Shown: positions 7,517-16,981 of the stretch, piece by piece
How the letters are laid out: every line of letters begins with the position of its first letter
Numbering within the stretch: the stretch's first letter is position 1
Notes under the pieces: generated by a model
Databases searched by the model: none
What the model saw: only the letters and a program-made list of their open reading frames with translations
Told to the model about the DNA's origin: nothing
Source of the DNA: an uncultured Clostridia bacterium
GTDB taxonomy: Bacteria; Bacillota; Clostridia; Christensenellales; DTU072
Length of the DNA stretch: 64,000 bases
NCBI GenBank assembly: GCA_944362765.1
Contig: CALVTP010000001.1
Location: 5,395 to 69,394, forward strand
Direction of reading: 5' to 3'
Made by a program: the position numbers and the translations under genes

Positions 7517-9160
7517 GTGAAAGCTATGAAAAAGAAGTCATTTCTTGTCATCGCCGTTTTGTGCTTGGCGTTGCTGTTTACGGCAACCATTGTCGCGTGT
7601 ACGGGCGACGGCGACACCGACGAAACTCCGGGCAACACCGACGTGACGCCCGGCGGCGACGATGTGACGCCCGGCGGCGATGACGTGACACCCGGCGGCG
7701 ATGACGTGACTCCCGGCGGCGATGACGTAACACCGGGCGGCGATGACACGGGAATAACACCCGAAGGCGAATTTACGTTTACCGATCTTGGAAACGATCA
7801 ATGGAGTGTAGCCAAATATAACGGTAACCGCGCGCACGTCGTTATTCCATCTACATATAAGGGCGGCGCCGTTGTTGCCATAGGCGACGAAGCTTTCGGC
7901 GGCGATACACCTATGAACTTAAAGCTAAAATCGGTGGTAATACCCGATTCTGTGACGACTATAGGTGAATATGCTTTCTGTTACTGTATGGGCTTGACTT
8001 CTGTAGAAATTCCCGATTCAGTTACAACGATAGGGGAAGGTGCTTTTGGTGGCTGTATAGGGTTGACTTCGATCACTATCGGGGAATACGTGACGGCAAT
8101 AGGTGAATATGCTTTTGTAGCTTGCTATAAATTAGTAGAGATTTATAACAAAAGTAACTTAAATCTGACGGCCGGAAGCGAGGAGTATGGCTGGGTCGGA
8201 TTGTATGCAAAAAATATTTATACCGAAGAAAACGAATCCAAACTTTCCCATACCGACGACGGATATATATTCTACTACAACGGAAGCGACGGATATTTGA
8301 TGAGCTATTGCGGTGACGAAACCGAATTGACTTTACCCGACAGTTTTACGGCATATGACGGCACAACGGTAAGTCCATACGGAATATATCAATATGCTTT
8401 TTCAATATATGTTTTTCCAAATTATGATCTGACATCTGTCGATATTCCTGATTCCGTGACGGAGATAGGAAATTCTGCCTTCGCGTATTGCACCAGCCTT
8501 ACCTCGGTAACAATCGGTGATTCGGTAACGACAATCGGGGGTTATGCCTTCTCTGGTTGCACCGGGCTGGCATCGGTGGTAATTCCCGATTCTGTAACGG
8601 CGATCGGTAATTATGCCTTCGATGGTTGCACTGGGCTGGCATCGGTGGTAATTCCCGATTCTGTAACGGCGATCGGAGATTCTGCCTTCGCGTATTGCAC
8701 CAGCCTTACCTCGGTAACAATCGGTGATTCGGTAACGACAATCGAGTGTTATGCCTTCTCGGGTTGCGACAACTTACAACAAATCAATTGGGATGCAGTG
8801 GCTGTAAACGATTTTGATTATTACGACGATGTTTTTTATAATTCCGGCACGGCAAACGGCATGACCGTTACTTTTGGTGACAGAGTACAGCGCATACCCT
8901 CTCATGCCTTCGATAATTGCGCCAGTCTAACCTCGGTGACGATCGGTGATTCGGTAACGACGATCGGGGATTCTGCTTTCGCTTATTGCGATAGCCTGAC
9001 TTCGGTGACGTTCAAGGATGCAAATGGTTGGCAGGTTTCGCTAAATGAATCGTTCGATGAATATACTCCGCTGCCCGCCGAGAGTTTAGCCGATCCCGCT
9101 ATGGTGGCGCAATATCTGAAAGATTATTCTGATTACCGGTACTATATTCGAAAGGTTTAA
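7517..9160 (+). CDS. BspA-like leucine-rich-repeat surface lipoprotein
   Basis: SD AAGAGGTGA. Signal peptide plus lipobox (TATIVAC). A (DVTPGGD)x5 linker is followed by more than ten ~23-aa repeats of the form IPDSVT.IG..AF..C..LTSV, the LRR_5/BspA type. Confidence 0.85.
   Translation: MKAMKKKSFLVIAVLCLALLFTATIVACTGDGDTDETPGNTDVTPGGDDVTPGGDDVTPGGDDVTPGGDDVTPGGDDTGITPEGEFTFTDLGNDQWSVAKYNGNRAHVVIPSTYKGGAVVAIGDEAFGGDTPMNLKLKSVVIPDSVTTIGEYAFCYCMGLTSVEIPDSVTTIGEGAFGGCIGLTSITIGEYVTAIGEYAFVACYKLVEIYNKSNLNLTAGSEEYGWVGLYAKNIYTEENESKLSHTDDGYIFYYNGSDGYLMSYCGDETELTLPDSFTAYDGTTVSPYGIYQYAFSIYVFPNYDLTSVDIPDSVTEIGNSAFAYCTSLTSVTIGDSVTTIGGYAFSGCTGLASVVIPDSVTAIGNYAFDGCTGLASVVIPDSVTAIGDSAFAYCTSLTSVTIGDSVTTIECYAFSGCDNLQQINWDAVAVNDFDYYDDVFYNSGTANGMTVTFGDRVQRIPSHAFDNCASLTSVTIGDSVTTIGDSAFAYCDSLTSVTFKDANGWQVSLNESFDEYTPLPAESLADPAMVAQYLKDYSDYRYYIRKV
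7640..7744 (+). repeat. 5 x 21-bp in-frame tandem repeat encoding DVTPGGD
   Basis: Units start at 7640, 7661, 7682, 7703 and 7724. The copies differ only at synonymous third positions. Confidence 0.9.
8472..8744 (+). repeat. near-identical internal LRR-unit duplications
   Basis: The 66-bp block 8472-8537 is repeated identically at 8679-8744 (offset 207 = 3 LRR units). The 53-bp block 8555-8607 is repeated at 8624-8676 with one mismatch (offset 69 = 1 unit). Confidence 0.85.
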
Positions 9161-9186
9161 TGCGGCGGAACATCGGCGAATTTACG

Positions 9187-9211
9187 GCGCGGAGAGGTTT
9201 TCCTCTCCGCG
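9187..9211 (+). terminator. stem-loop downstream of the LRR gene (possible terminator)
   Basis: GCGCGGAGAGG-tttt-CCTCTCCGCG, a perfect ~10-bp GC-rich stem. The trailing T-run is weak (tcttcgc). Confidence 0.5.
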
Positions 9212-9326
9212 TCTTCGCATTACATTATGAGGGCATTCGAGGCTTTTGTCTCTCTCGTCAGTTTTGCGTAAAAGGAAAACCCGGCGGCGAAGGCAGCAGA
9301 AAAATAAACCGAAACGAAGATAATGT

Positions 9327-9355
9327 TTGAAAGGGGATGTTTGATGTGGTATAAT
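9327..9355 (+). promoter_or_regulatory. sigma-70-type promoter (TTGAAA-N17-TGgTATAAT)
   Basis: TTGAAA at 9327-9332, 17-nt spacer, TG-extended TATAAT at 9350-9355. Predicts a ~110-nt leader before the flavoprotein gene. Confidence 0.6.
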
Positions 9356-9474
9356 CTTTTCGGAGAGCGCTCGGGTAGAAAGGAGAGCGCTCAAATATAA
9401 AGCGCTTCCCGACGGAAACCTGTGCGGATAAAACCGCCCCGATCAAAAGAGCGCGATTGAAAACGGAGAGACTT

Positions 9475-10809
9475 ATGCCCGAAATTTACGAATTGGCGGT
9501 AATCGGCGGCGGACCTGCCGGATACAGAGCCGTTGAAAAGGCGAAAAACCACTTTAAAACGGCGATTTTTGAGGAAAAATTCGTCGGGGGCGTTTGCCTT
9601 AACGAAGGCTGCGTGCCGACGAAGACGCTTCTTCATATAGCGCGCGATATCGCTTCGGCGCAGGCGCTCGCGGGTTACGGTTATGCGATTTCGGGAGAGC
9701 CCGACACAAAAAAAATCAACCGCAGGAAAGAAAAAGTCATAAAAATTCTGCGCGCGGGAGTTGCCGAAAGTCTGAAGGGAGCCGACTTTTTCAACGAAAG
9801 AGCCGTCGTCAAGAGAATGTCCTGCGGCAGGTTTGTCGTGGAAACCGGGGAAAGACAAATAGAAGCCGAGCGGCTGCTGATAGCGACGGGTTCGTCGGCG
9901 GTGCTGCCACCTGTCGAGGGGCTTTCCGAAGCCGTACGGGCGGGCGTCGCGGTGACCGCTGCCGGGGCGCTGGAGCTCGACATCGTACCGCGTCGTTTTG
10001 TCGTCATCGGCGGCGGCGTCATAGGTACGGAGATGGCTTCGATCTACTCCGCTTTCGGCTCGTCCGTAAGCGTCGTCGAGGGGGCGGAGCGGCTGATCCC
10101 CGCGATGGATCGGGAGCTCGGCGACTATCTCGGTAAAGCTTTTGCAAAGCGCAAAATCGAAGTCTTCACCTCGGCGTCAGCCGAAAAAATCGTGCCGTCG
10201 GAAGATGGTTACAAGTTGATTATTTCTGTTTCCGGGGAGAGGAAGGAGCTTCCTTTCGACAGGCTTCTGATAGCTGCCGGAAGGCGCGCGAACACTTCGG
10301 GGATAGGGCTCGAATCCATAGGAGTAAAAATCGAACGCGGTATAGTTACCGACGAATATATGCGTACTTCGGTTCCCAAAGTCTGGGCTTCGGGAGACGT
10401 AAACGGGAAAATGATGCTTGCACATAAAGCTTATCGAGAGGCGGACGCAGCTGTTTCGGACATGCTGGGGAAGCCTTATAAGGTGCGTTACGACACCGTT
10501 CCGGAGGCGGTCTACACCATCCCGGAGGTCGCCGAGGCAGGCATGCAGGAAGCGGATAAGCCGGGGGCAAAAGTCAGAAAAATCCCCGCTTCGTATTCGG
10601 CAAGATACGTTGCGGAAAGCGACTCCCGTGACGGCTTTGTAAAGCTGGTGACGGTGGACGGAGTGCTGAGGGGAGTGCAGCTGGCGGTGCCGTATGCCAC
10701 CGAGATAGTTGCGACGGCTACGGCGCTGATAGAAAAGGGTGCAACGGAAGCGGAACTTTTGAAATTGTGCTTCCCGCATCCCAGCGTTTCGGAGCTTTTA
10801 CTTAATTAG
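9475..10809 (+). CDS. dihydrolipoyl dehydrogenase-like pyridine nucleotide-disulfide oxidoreductase (class I flavoprotein)
   Basis: FAD motif GGGPAGY, redox-active CLNEGCVPTK, second Rossmann VIGGGVIGTE, C-terminal HPSVSE dimerisation motif. ATG at 9475 (SD GGAGAG) is preferred to TTG at 9457. No E1/E2 partner genes are nearby. Confidence 0.8.
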   Translation: MPEIYELAVIGGGPAGYRAVEKAKNHFKTAIFEEKFVGGVCLNEGCVPTKTLLHIARDIASAQALAGYGYAISGEPDTKKINRRKEKVIKILRAGVAESLKGADFFNERAVVKRMSCGRFVVETGERQIEAERLLIATGSSAVLPPVEGLSEAVRAGVAVTAAGALELDIVPRRFVVIGGGVIGTEMASIYSAFGSSVSVVEGAERLIPAMDRELGDYLGKAFAKRKIEVFTSASAEKIVPSEDGYKLIISVSGERKELPFDRLLIAAGRRANTSGIGLESIGVKIERGIVTDEYMRTSVPKVWASGDVNGKMMLAHKAYREADAAVSDMLGKPYKVRYDTVPEAVYTIPEVAEAGMQEADKPGAKVRKIPASYSARYVAESDSRDGFVKLVTVDGVLRGVQLAVPYATEIVATATALIEKGATEAELLKLCFPHPSVSELLLN

Positions 10810-10909
10810 CTCCTCCCTGCCGCTTTGCCGCATTCAATCGGTTCGGCAGGAGCCGAACTTACTATTAATCGGGATAATAAATATACTTAAATAAGGAGGA
10901 TTCGGGAGT

Positions 10910-11773
10910 ATGACGCGCGGGAAAGAGAAGAAAAACGGTAAAATCTCTTCCGATCGGCAAGTAGCGGTTTCGGGGGAAGTGTATGAAAGTGCGGGAGACG
11001 TCGTACAAACCGGCGGAGCCGAAACGGATAAAACCGCCGGCGGCACGAAAGCGGTGCGGTTTCAAAGCTTTTCCGAAAGAGTGGCACTGACTGTCGCAAT
11101 GCTGGTGCTTGCGGTATATGTCGTGGTGATGGGCGGAGCGGCTTTTTCGCGCTTCAGAAACGGCGAAAATATCTATTTTGACTACAAAGTTGCACGTTTT
11201 GCCGAAGAAAACGAGGATGAGGAAAAGGGTGGCGTCGTATTTGTGGGCGACTCCATCACCGACTTTCTCGATCTTGATAAATTCTATCCCGGGCTTGATG
11301 CCGTCAACAGGGGGATCTCCGGCGACCTCACTATCGGGCTCAAACGCCGCATGGATGTTTCGATTTTCGACCTCGAACCCCGCCTTGTCGTATTGCTTAT
11401 AGGAGTCAATGACCTGGGAAGGCGTACCGCTCCCGAGAAAGTGGCTGCAAACCTTATCGATATCATCTCCGAAATCCGGGAAAGGCTTCCCGGGACGAAA
11501 CTTATCGTGCAATCCGTCTACCCCGTCAGCGAAAGATGGGGCAAAGCCTACTTTAAAAGGGTGGCGCCGGGGGTGATAAAGGTCAACGAAGTCATTTCGG
11601 AGGCCTCGGCGGAGTACGGATACACCTATGTAAACGTCTATGACGAGCTGGTCGACGGGCGCGGCAGACTCCGCGACGAGCTGAATAACGACGGACTGCA
11701 CCCGAACGATAAGGGTTATGAGGTCGTATCCGAAGTCCTTCGTCCGATAATCGACGAGGTTCTGGCTGGGTAG
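10910..11773 (+). CDS. SGNH/GDSL-family hydrolase with N-terminal membrane anchor
   Basis: Block I VFVGDSITD, block III GVNDL, block V NDGLHPN. A TM segment (VALTVAMLVLAVYVVVMGGAAF) lies near the N-terminus. SD AAGGAGG. Confidence 0.8.
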   Translation: MTRGKEKKNGKISSDRQVAVSGEVYESAGDVVQTGGAETDKTAGGTKAVRFQSFSERVALTVAMLVLAVYVVVMGGAAFSRFRNGENIYFDYKVARFAEENEDEEKGGVVFVGDSITDFLDLDKFYPGLDAVNRGISGDLTIGLKRRMDVSIFDLEPRLVVLLIGVNDLGRRTAPEKVAANLIDIISEIRERLPGTKLIVQSVYPVSERWGKAYFKRVAPGVIKVNEVISEASAEYGYTYVNVYDELVDGRGRLRDELNNDGLHPNDKGYEVVSEVLRPIIDEVLAG

Positions 11774-12080
11774 ATGTCCCGCGCGGTTTTCGCCCCCGCT
11801 TTTTATATGAGGCTATTTCGGAAGCTTCGGCGGTAAAGGTATATCGCGAGCTTTAACAGAATGGCTGCCCTCTCGCCGCACGGCGAGGCGTGCGGCGCGA
11901 AATTTAAATTCAGGAAAATATTTAATATTTTTATCGTTGAAAGGCGTCTTCCGACGTCTTTTTCCTTTTATTAAATTTATAAGACAAGAATTTTAATATC
12001 GTATAGTTGTCGGCTTGATTATAAGTTTTGTTTTTCGCGCGAGAGTGGCGGCGCCGAACCTGAGAAGATTTAAGGCAAAA

Positions 12081-12134
12081 TGAATACGACATGCAATTAT
12101 TCAAAAAAATCGAATAAATTAATAAAAATATTCA
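12081..12134. promoter_or_regulatory. pair of AT-rich palindromes reminiscent of ARG boxes (possible ArgR operator)
   Basis: TGAATA-N11-TATTCA at 12081-12103 and cGAATA-N12-TATTCA at 12111-12134, centres ~30 bp apart, just upstream of the argG promoter. The half-sites match TGAAT/ATTCA of ARG boxes, but the spacing is not canonical. Confidence 0.3.
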
Positions 12135-12154
12135 AAATTGTCCCCTTCAAATCG

Positions 12155-12183
12155 TTGCTTTATGCAGAGCGAAGGTTTATAAT
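12155..12183 (+). promoter_or_regulatory. sigma-70-type promoter of the arg operon (TTGCTT-N17-TATAAT)
   Basis: TTGCTT at 12155-12160, 17-nt spacer, TATAAT at 12178-12183, ~28 nt upstream of the argG ATG. Confidence 0.55.
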
Positions 12184-12211
12184 TGTGCTATAAAATGCGG
12201 AGGCATCAAGC

Positions 12212-13435
12212 ATGGATAAAAAGATCAAAAAGATAGTACTTGCATATTCGGGCGGGCTGGACACGTCAATAATCATTCCTTGGCTGAAGGAAAACTACGA
12301 CAACCCCGAAATAATCGCCGTCAGCGGTGATGTGGGACAGGGCACCGAGCTTGACGGGCTGGAAGAAAAAGCCATAAAGACGGGTGCGTCGAAATTGTAT
12401 GTGCTGGACCTCAAAGAACAATTCGTCACCGACTATGTATTCCCGACGCTGAAAGCGGGCGCGAAATACGAAGACTACCTTCTCGGCACGGCGTTTGCGC
12501 GTCCGATAATTGCCAAAGGTATTGTCGATATAGCTATAAAAGAGGGCGCCGACGCCATCTGCCACGGCTGCACCGGGAAGGGCAACGACCAGGTAAGGTT
12601 CGAATTGACGATAAAAGCGTTCGCTCCCGATATGAAGATAATCGCCCCGTGGCGTATCTGGGACATAAAGAGCAGGGAAGAGGAAATAGCCTACGCCGAG
12701 GCACACAACGTGCCCCTCAAAATCAACCGCGAGACCAACTACTCCAAGGATAAGAATCTTTGGCACCTCTCGCACGAAGGACTGGATCTCGAGGATCCCG
12801 CCAATGAACCGCAATACGAAAAGAAAGGCTTTCTAGAAATGGGCGTCAGCCCCGTCGAAGCTCCCGACAAACCCACCTATGTGACAATAGACTTTGAAAA
12901 GGGTATCCCGGTAGCGGTTGACGGCGAAAAGCTGGATCCCGTAGCGTTGGTCTATAAATTGAACGAGCTCGGCGGCAAAAACGGCATAGGGCTTCTGGAT
13001 ATCGTCGAAAACAGGTTGGTCGGCATGAAGTCGAGGGGCGTCTACGAGACCCCCGGCGGAGCCATTCTCTACCGCGCCCACGAGATTTTGGAGACAATAA
13101 CTCTTGACAGGGACACCGCCCATTACAAAGCCATTGTGGCTCAGCAATTTGCCGAGCAGGTCTACTTCGGAAAGTGGTTCACACCGCTCAGAGAAGCGCT
13201 GTCGGCATTCGTCGACAAGACGCAGGAAAACGTCACCGGCACCGTCAGGTTGAAGCTTTACAAAGGAAACATCATCAACGCGGGCGTCGAATCTCCCTAC
13301 TCGCTGTACAACCCCGAGTTTGCTACGTTCGACGAGGACGAAGTGTACGACCAGAAAGATTCCGCGGGCTTTATAAACCTGTTCGGTCTTCCTCTGACAG
13401 TGCGTGCGTTGATGGAGAAGTCACTGAAAAAATGA
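12212..13435 (+). CDS. argG: argininosuccinate synthase
   Basis: N-terminal [11 protein letters not shown]-loop, [29 protein letters not shown]. Length 407 aa. Confidence 0.95.
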   Translation: MDKKIKKIVLAYSGGLDTSIIIPWLKENYDNPEIIAVSGDVGQGTELDGLEEKAIKTGASKLYVLDLKEQFVTDYVFPTLKAGAKYEDYLLGTAFARPIIAKGIVDIAIKEGADAICHGCTGKGNDQVRFELTIKAFAPDMKIIAPWRIWDIKSREEEIAYAEAHNVPLKINRETNYSKDKNLWHLSHEGLDLEDPANEPQYEKKGFLEMGVSPVEAPDKPTYVTIDFEKGIPVAVDGEKLDPVALVYKLNELGGKNGIGLLDIVENRLVGMKSRGVYETPGGAILYRAHEILETITLDRDTAHYKAIVAQQFAEQVYFGKWFTPLREALSAFVDKTQENVTGTVRLKLYKGNIINAGVESPYSLYNPEFATFDEDEVYDQKDSAGFINLFGLPLTVRALMEKSLKK

Positions 13436-13474
13436 TTTATTCGGTAGCTTAAACTACTAAAATATAGGAGTAAT

Positions 13475-14845
13475 ATGAGTGATCTATGGTCGGCAAGGTT
13501 CAGCGCCGAAGCCGATGAGAAGCTGAAAAAATTCAACTCGTCGATAGCTGTCGACGGGTTGATGTATAAAGAGGATATAGCAGGTTCGGTAGCTCACGCT
13601 ACAATGCTTGCACGTCAAGGCATCATTTCAGCGAGTGACGCCGCGCTTATTACAGAAGGGCTCAACGGTATTCTTTCAGACATTCAGTCGGGTGCGTTGA
13701 AAATCGATCCCGAGGCGGAAGACATCCATATGTTTATAGAAGGCGAGCTCACTAATAGGATTGGGGAGGCGGGAAAACGTCTTCATACCGCGCGCTCCCG
13801 TAACGACCAGGTGGCGACCGATTTTAAGCTGTACCTGAAAAATCTTTCGGGCGAGGTAAAAAGCTGCTTGCTTACTTTTATCGGGACGCTTTACGAATTG
13901 GCAAAGACCCACACCGACTATATTCTTCCCGGGTACACCCATCTTCAACGGGCGCAGCCGATAACGCTCGCGCATCATCTCCTTGCTTATTGCGAGATGT
14001 TCATGCGCGACTATTCGAGGTTTTCCGATGCCGTAAAGCGCATGGACTACTGCCCGTTGGGGTCGGCGGCGCTTGCCGGGACGACTTATGACATCGACAG
14101 GACGCTTACGGCAAAACTTTTAGGCTTTTCGGCTCCCGTATCGAACTCGCTTGACGGCGTTTCCGACCGCGACTATGCATCGGAACTGACATTTGCGGCT
14201 GCCCTCGGCATGACCCATCTGACACGGCTTGCCGAAGAGGTCATTTTATGGTGTTCGTGGGAGTTTCGGTTCATGGAGCTGAATGACTCCTTCGCGACGG
14301 GTTCGTCTATCATGCCGCAAAAGAAGAATCCCGATGTTGCCGAGCTTGTGAGAGGAAAATCGGGAAGAGTTTACGGGGCATTAATTTCTCTTCTGACGAT
14401 ATTGAAAGGGCTTCCGCTTGCGTACAACAAAGATCTCCAGGAAGACAAGGAAGCGGCGTTTGACGCACTCAAAACCTTCCTTAATTGTTTGGAGATTTTT
14501 GCTCCGATGCTCGCTTCCTCCGTTTTCAACCGCGAAAATATGTTGAATGCCGCCAAAAAGGGGTATATTAACGCCACGGACATGGCGGACTACCTCACCA
14601 AAAAGGGGATGCCCTTCCGCTCCGCATACAAGGTTGTTGGAGAATTGGTTTCCGAGGCGAATAAGGCGGGAAAGGGACTGGAGGAGTTTGAATTGGAGGA
14701 GTTAAGGAAGCACTCGGAGCTCTTCGAAGAGGACGTTTATGAGGCGATAGACCTTAAAACCTGCCTTTCAAAGCGGGTCTCCTATGGCGGTCCGGCAGAT
14801 ATCGAAAGGCAACTAAAACGCGTCGAGGAGTTTTTAAGTGACTGA
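13475..14845 (+). CDS. argH: argininosuccinate lyase
   Basis: Fumarate-lyase family signature GSSIMPQKKNPD, TARSRNDQV, PGYTHLQRAQP. 456 aa. Confidence 0.95.
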   Translation: MSDLWSARFSAEADEKLKKFNSSIAVDGLMYKEDIAGSVAHATMLARQGIISASDAALITEGLNGILSDIQSGALKIDPEAEDIHMFIEGELTNRIGEAGKRLHTARSRNDQVATDFKLYLKNLSGEVKSCLLTFIGTLYELAKTHTDYILPGYTHLQRAQPITLAHHLLAYCEMFMRDYSRFSDAVKRMDYCPLGSAALAGTTYDIDRTLTAKLLGFSAPVSNSLDGVSDRDYASELTFAAALGMTHLTRLAEEVILWCSWEFRFMELNDSFATGSSIMPQKKNPDVAELVRGKSGRVYGALISLLTILKGLPLAYNKDLQEDKEAAFDALKTFLNCLEIFAPMLASSVFNRENMLNAAKKGYINATDMADYLTKKGMPFRSAYKVVGELVSEANKAGKGLEEFELEELRKHSELFEEDVYEAIDLKTCLSKRVSYGGPADIERQLKRVEEFLSD

Positions 14846-15749
14846 AATATTTATAGACGGCTGGCAGGGGACGACGGGACTGAAAATCATTTCCCGCCTG
14901 AAAGAGCGCGACGACCTTAAAGTCGTAGTTTTGGAAGGCGAAGAGAGAAAATCGCTTTCTTCGCGCGTTCGGGCTATCGAAAAAGCCGACATAACGGTGC
15001 TGTGCCTTCCCGACGCCGCCGCAAAAGAAATTGTCGCCTGCGTCCCCGAATATGTAAGGATAATAGACGCTTCGACGGCGCACAGAACCGACCCGGAGTG
15101 GGCGTACGGAATGCCGGAACTCGGATCGGAATACAGGGAGCGCATCGCTTCCTCGAACCGCGTCGCCAACCCGGGCTGCCATGCTTCCGGGGTAATAGCG
15201 ATTTTATATCCGTTGATAAAAACCGGAGTTTTGGCTCCCGAAAGCCTTTTATCGGTTACCTCAATCACCGGTTACTCGGGCGGCGGTAAGAGCATGATCG
15301 CCGATTACGAAGAAAAGGGGTATCGTTATCCGAGAGCGTATGCGCCGCTGCAGACGCACAAGCATCTGCCGGAAATAAGCTTTGTAACGGGGCTTAAAAC
15401 GCCTCCCGTTTTTCTTCCGATAGTCGAACCGTTCTACTCCGGAATGGCGGTGACAATTCCCCTTCACGGGGCACAGCTGAAAGGCGCAGCCTCTCCCGAA
15501 GAGCTGAAAGCCTTATACCGAAATTTCTATACCGAAGGAGTGATCGGTGTGGGAGAAGGTTTCGTCGGGGGCTTCCTCGACGCCGGCTTAAAGCACGGAA
15601 AGGATGACATGCTGATTTCCGTCGACGGCGGTGAAAGGATGACGGTAACCGCCGTTTTCGACAACCTCGGCAAGGGGGCGTCGGGCGCCTGTATACAAAA
15701 TATGAACATCATGCTCGGTACAGACGAGAAAAAAGGATTAAAATTATGA
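14838..15749 (+). CDS. argC: N-acetyl-gamma-glutamyl-phosphate reductase (short, type-2-like form)
   Basis: GTG start overlapping the argH stop by 8 nt. Active-site region ANPGCHASG, with a semialdehyde-dehydrogenase-like N-terminus (IDGWQGTTG). Sits between argH and argJ. Confidence 0.85.
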   Translation: MTEIFIDGWQGTTGLKIISRLKERDDLKVVVLEGEERKSLSSRVRAIEKADITVLCLPDAAAKEIVACVPEYVRIIDASTAHRTDPEWAYGMPELGSEYRERIASSNRVANPGCHASGVIAILYPLIKTGVLAPESLLSVTSITGYSGGGKSMIADYEEKGYRYPRAYAPLQTHKHLPEISFVTGLKTPPVFLPIVEPFYSGMAVTIPLHGAQLKGAASPEELKALYRNFYTEGVIGVGEGFVGGFLDAGLKHGKDDMLISVDGGERMTVTAVFDNLGKGASGACIQNMNIMLGTDEKKGLKL

Positions 15750-16969
15750 CAGAATTCATAGAAGGCGGAGTTACCGCCGCAAAAGGCTTCCTGGCGGGCG
15801 GCATTCACGCAGGTATCAGAAAAAACCGTTCCAAGCGCGATTTGGCGATGATTTTCTGCAAAAAAAGAGCCGCAGCTGCTGCCGTTTATACGACGAATCT
15901 CGTCAAAGGCGCTCCCCTCGAAGTCACCCGTCGCCACATCTCGGACGGGTATGCGCGCTGCATACTTTGTAACTCGGGAAATGCCAACACCTGCAATGAA
16001 AACGGCATAGAAATCGCCGAAAAAAGCTCGGAGCTAGTCGGAATCGCACTGAATATCGAGCCTTCGGACGTCATTGTAGCCTCGACGGGAGTTATCGGTC
16101 AGCCGCTGTCGACGGCGCCGTTTGAAAGAGGAATACCGCTTCTGAAAGAGGCGCTTTCGGAAGGGAAAGAGGGTTCCGCCCAAGCCGCGGAAGCGATAAT
16201 GACGACGGATACGGTCATAAAGGAAGTCGCCGTAAAAAGCGTTATAGCCGAAAAAGAAGTAGTCGTCGGAGGTATTGCCAAAGGTTCCGGCATGATAAAT
16301 CCCAATATGGCGACGATGCTTGTTTTCGTGACCACCGACGCCGCCATCACCCCCGAAATGCTGCAAAAAGCCGTTTCGGAAGACGTCAGGGACTCCTTCA
16401 ATATGGTGACGGTGGACGGCGACACGTCGACAAACGACATGTTCGTCGTGATGGCTTCCGGCGAGGCGGGTAACGACATGATTTCAGCCGAGGGCGAGGC
16501 TTTCGAGGCGTTTAAAAGGGCGCTCTCCGCGGTCACCAAAAAGCTTTGCAAGATGCTGGCAGGCGACGGAGAAGGGGCGACTAAGGCTCTTATATCACGA
16601 GTTTCGGGAGCCCGAACCAAAGAAATTGCAAGGATTGCGGCGAAAGCCGTCATAGGCAGCGCGCTGGTAAAGGCGGCGTTTTTCGGCGCCGACGCCAATT
16701 GGGGGCGGGTGCTTTGTGCGCTGGGGTATTCCGGAGCCGGGATAGACCCCGATAAGATAGACGTGTCGTTTTCTTCTCGGGCAGGAAGTATCGATGTCTG
16801 CAAAAACGGACGAGGCGTCACCTTTTCGGAGGAGCTTGCAAAGACAATTCTTTCCGAAAAAGAAATCACTACCGAAATAAATTTGAACGACGGGACGGAG
16901 AGCGCCGAGGCGTGGGGGTGCGACCTCACTTACGATTACGTCAAAATCAACGGCGACTACCGCACCTGA
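15746..16969 (+). CDS. argJ: bifunctional glutamate N-acetyltransferase / amino-acid acetyltransferase (ornithine acetyltransferase)
   Basis: ArgJ family: autoproteolytic site PNMATMLVFVTTDA, plus TTDT and GADANWGR motifs. ATGA overlap with argC. Confidence 0.93.
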   Translation: MTEFIEGGVTAAKGFLAGGIHAGIRKNRSKRDLAMIFCKKRAAAAAVYTTNLVKGAPLEVTRRHISDGYARCILCNSGNANTCNENGIEIAEKSSELVGIALNIEPSDVIVASTGVIGQPLSTAPFERGIPLLKEALSEGKEGSAQAAEAIMTTDTVIKEVAVKSVIAEKEVVVGGIAKGSGMINPNMATMLVFVTTDAAITPEMLQKAVSEDVRDSFNMVTVDGDTSTNDMFVVMASGEAGNDMISAEGEAFEAFKRALSAVTKKLCKMLAGDGEGATKALISRVSGARTKEIARIAAKAVIGSALVKAAFFGADANWGRVLCALGYSGAGIDPDKIDVSFSSRAGSIDVCKNGRGVTFSEELAKTILSEKEITTEINLNDGTESAEAWGCDLTYDYVKINGDYRT

Positions 16970-16981
16970 AACGGAGGAAAT

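Noticed and set aside
7510-7749. Minus-strand ORF with an SSPPGVT x5 repeat
   Set aside because: It is the antisense reading of the DVTPGGD tandem repeat in the LRR lipoprotein gene. The sense gene has SD, signal peptide and lipobox.
9362-9474. Glycine riboswitch upstream of the Lpd-like gene (GGAGAG strings)
   Set aside because: The leader lacks the CACCGAAGGGGCAA-type core and the tandem aptamer layout. The GGAGAG strings are part of a different self-complementary repeat.
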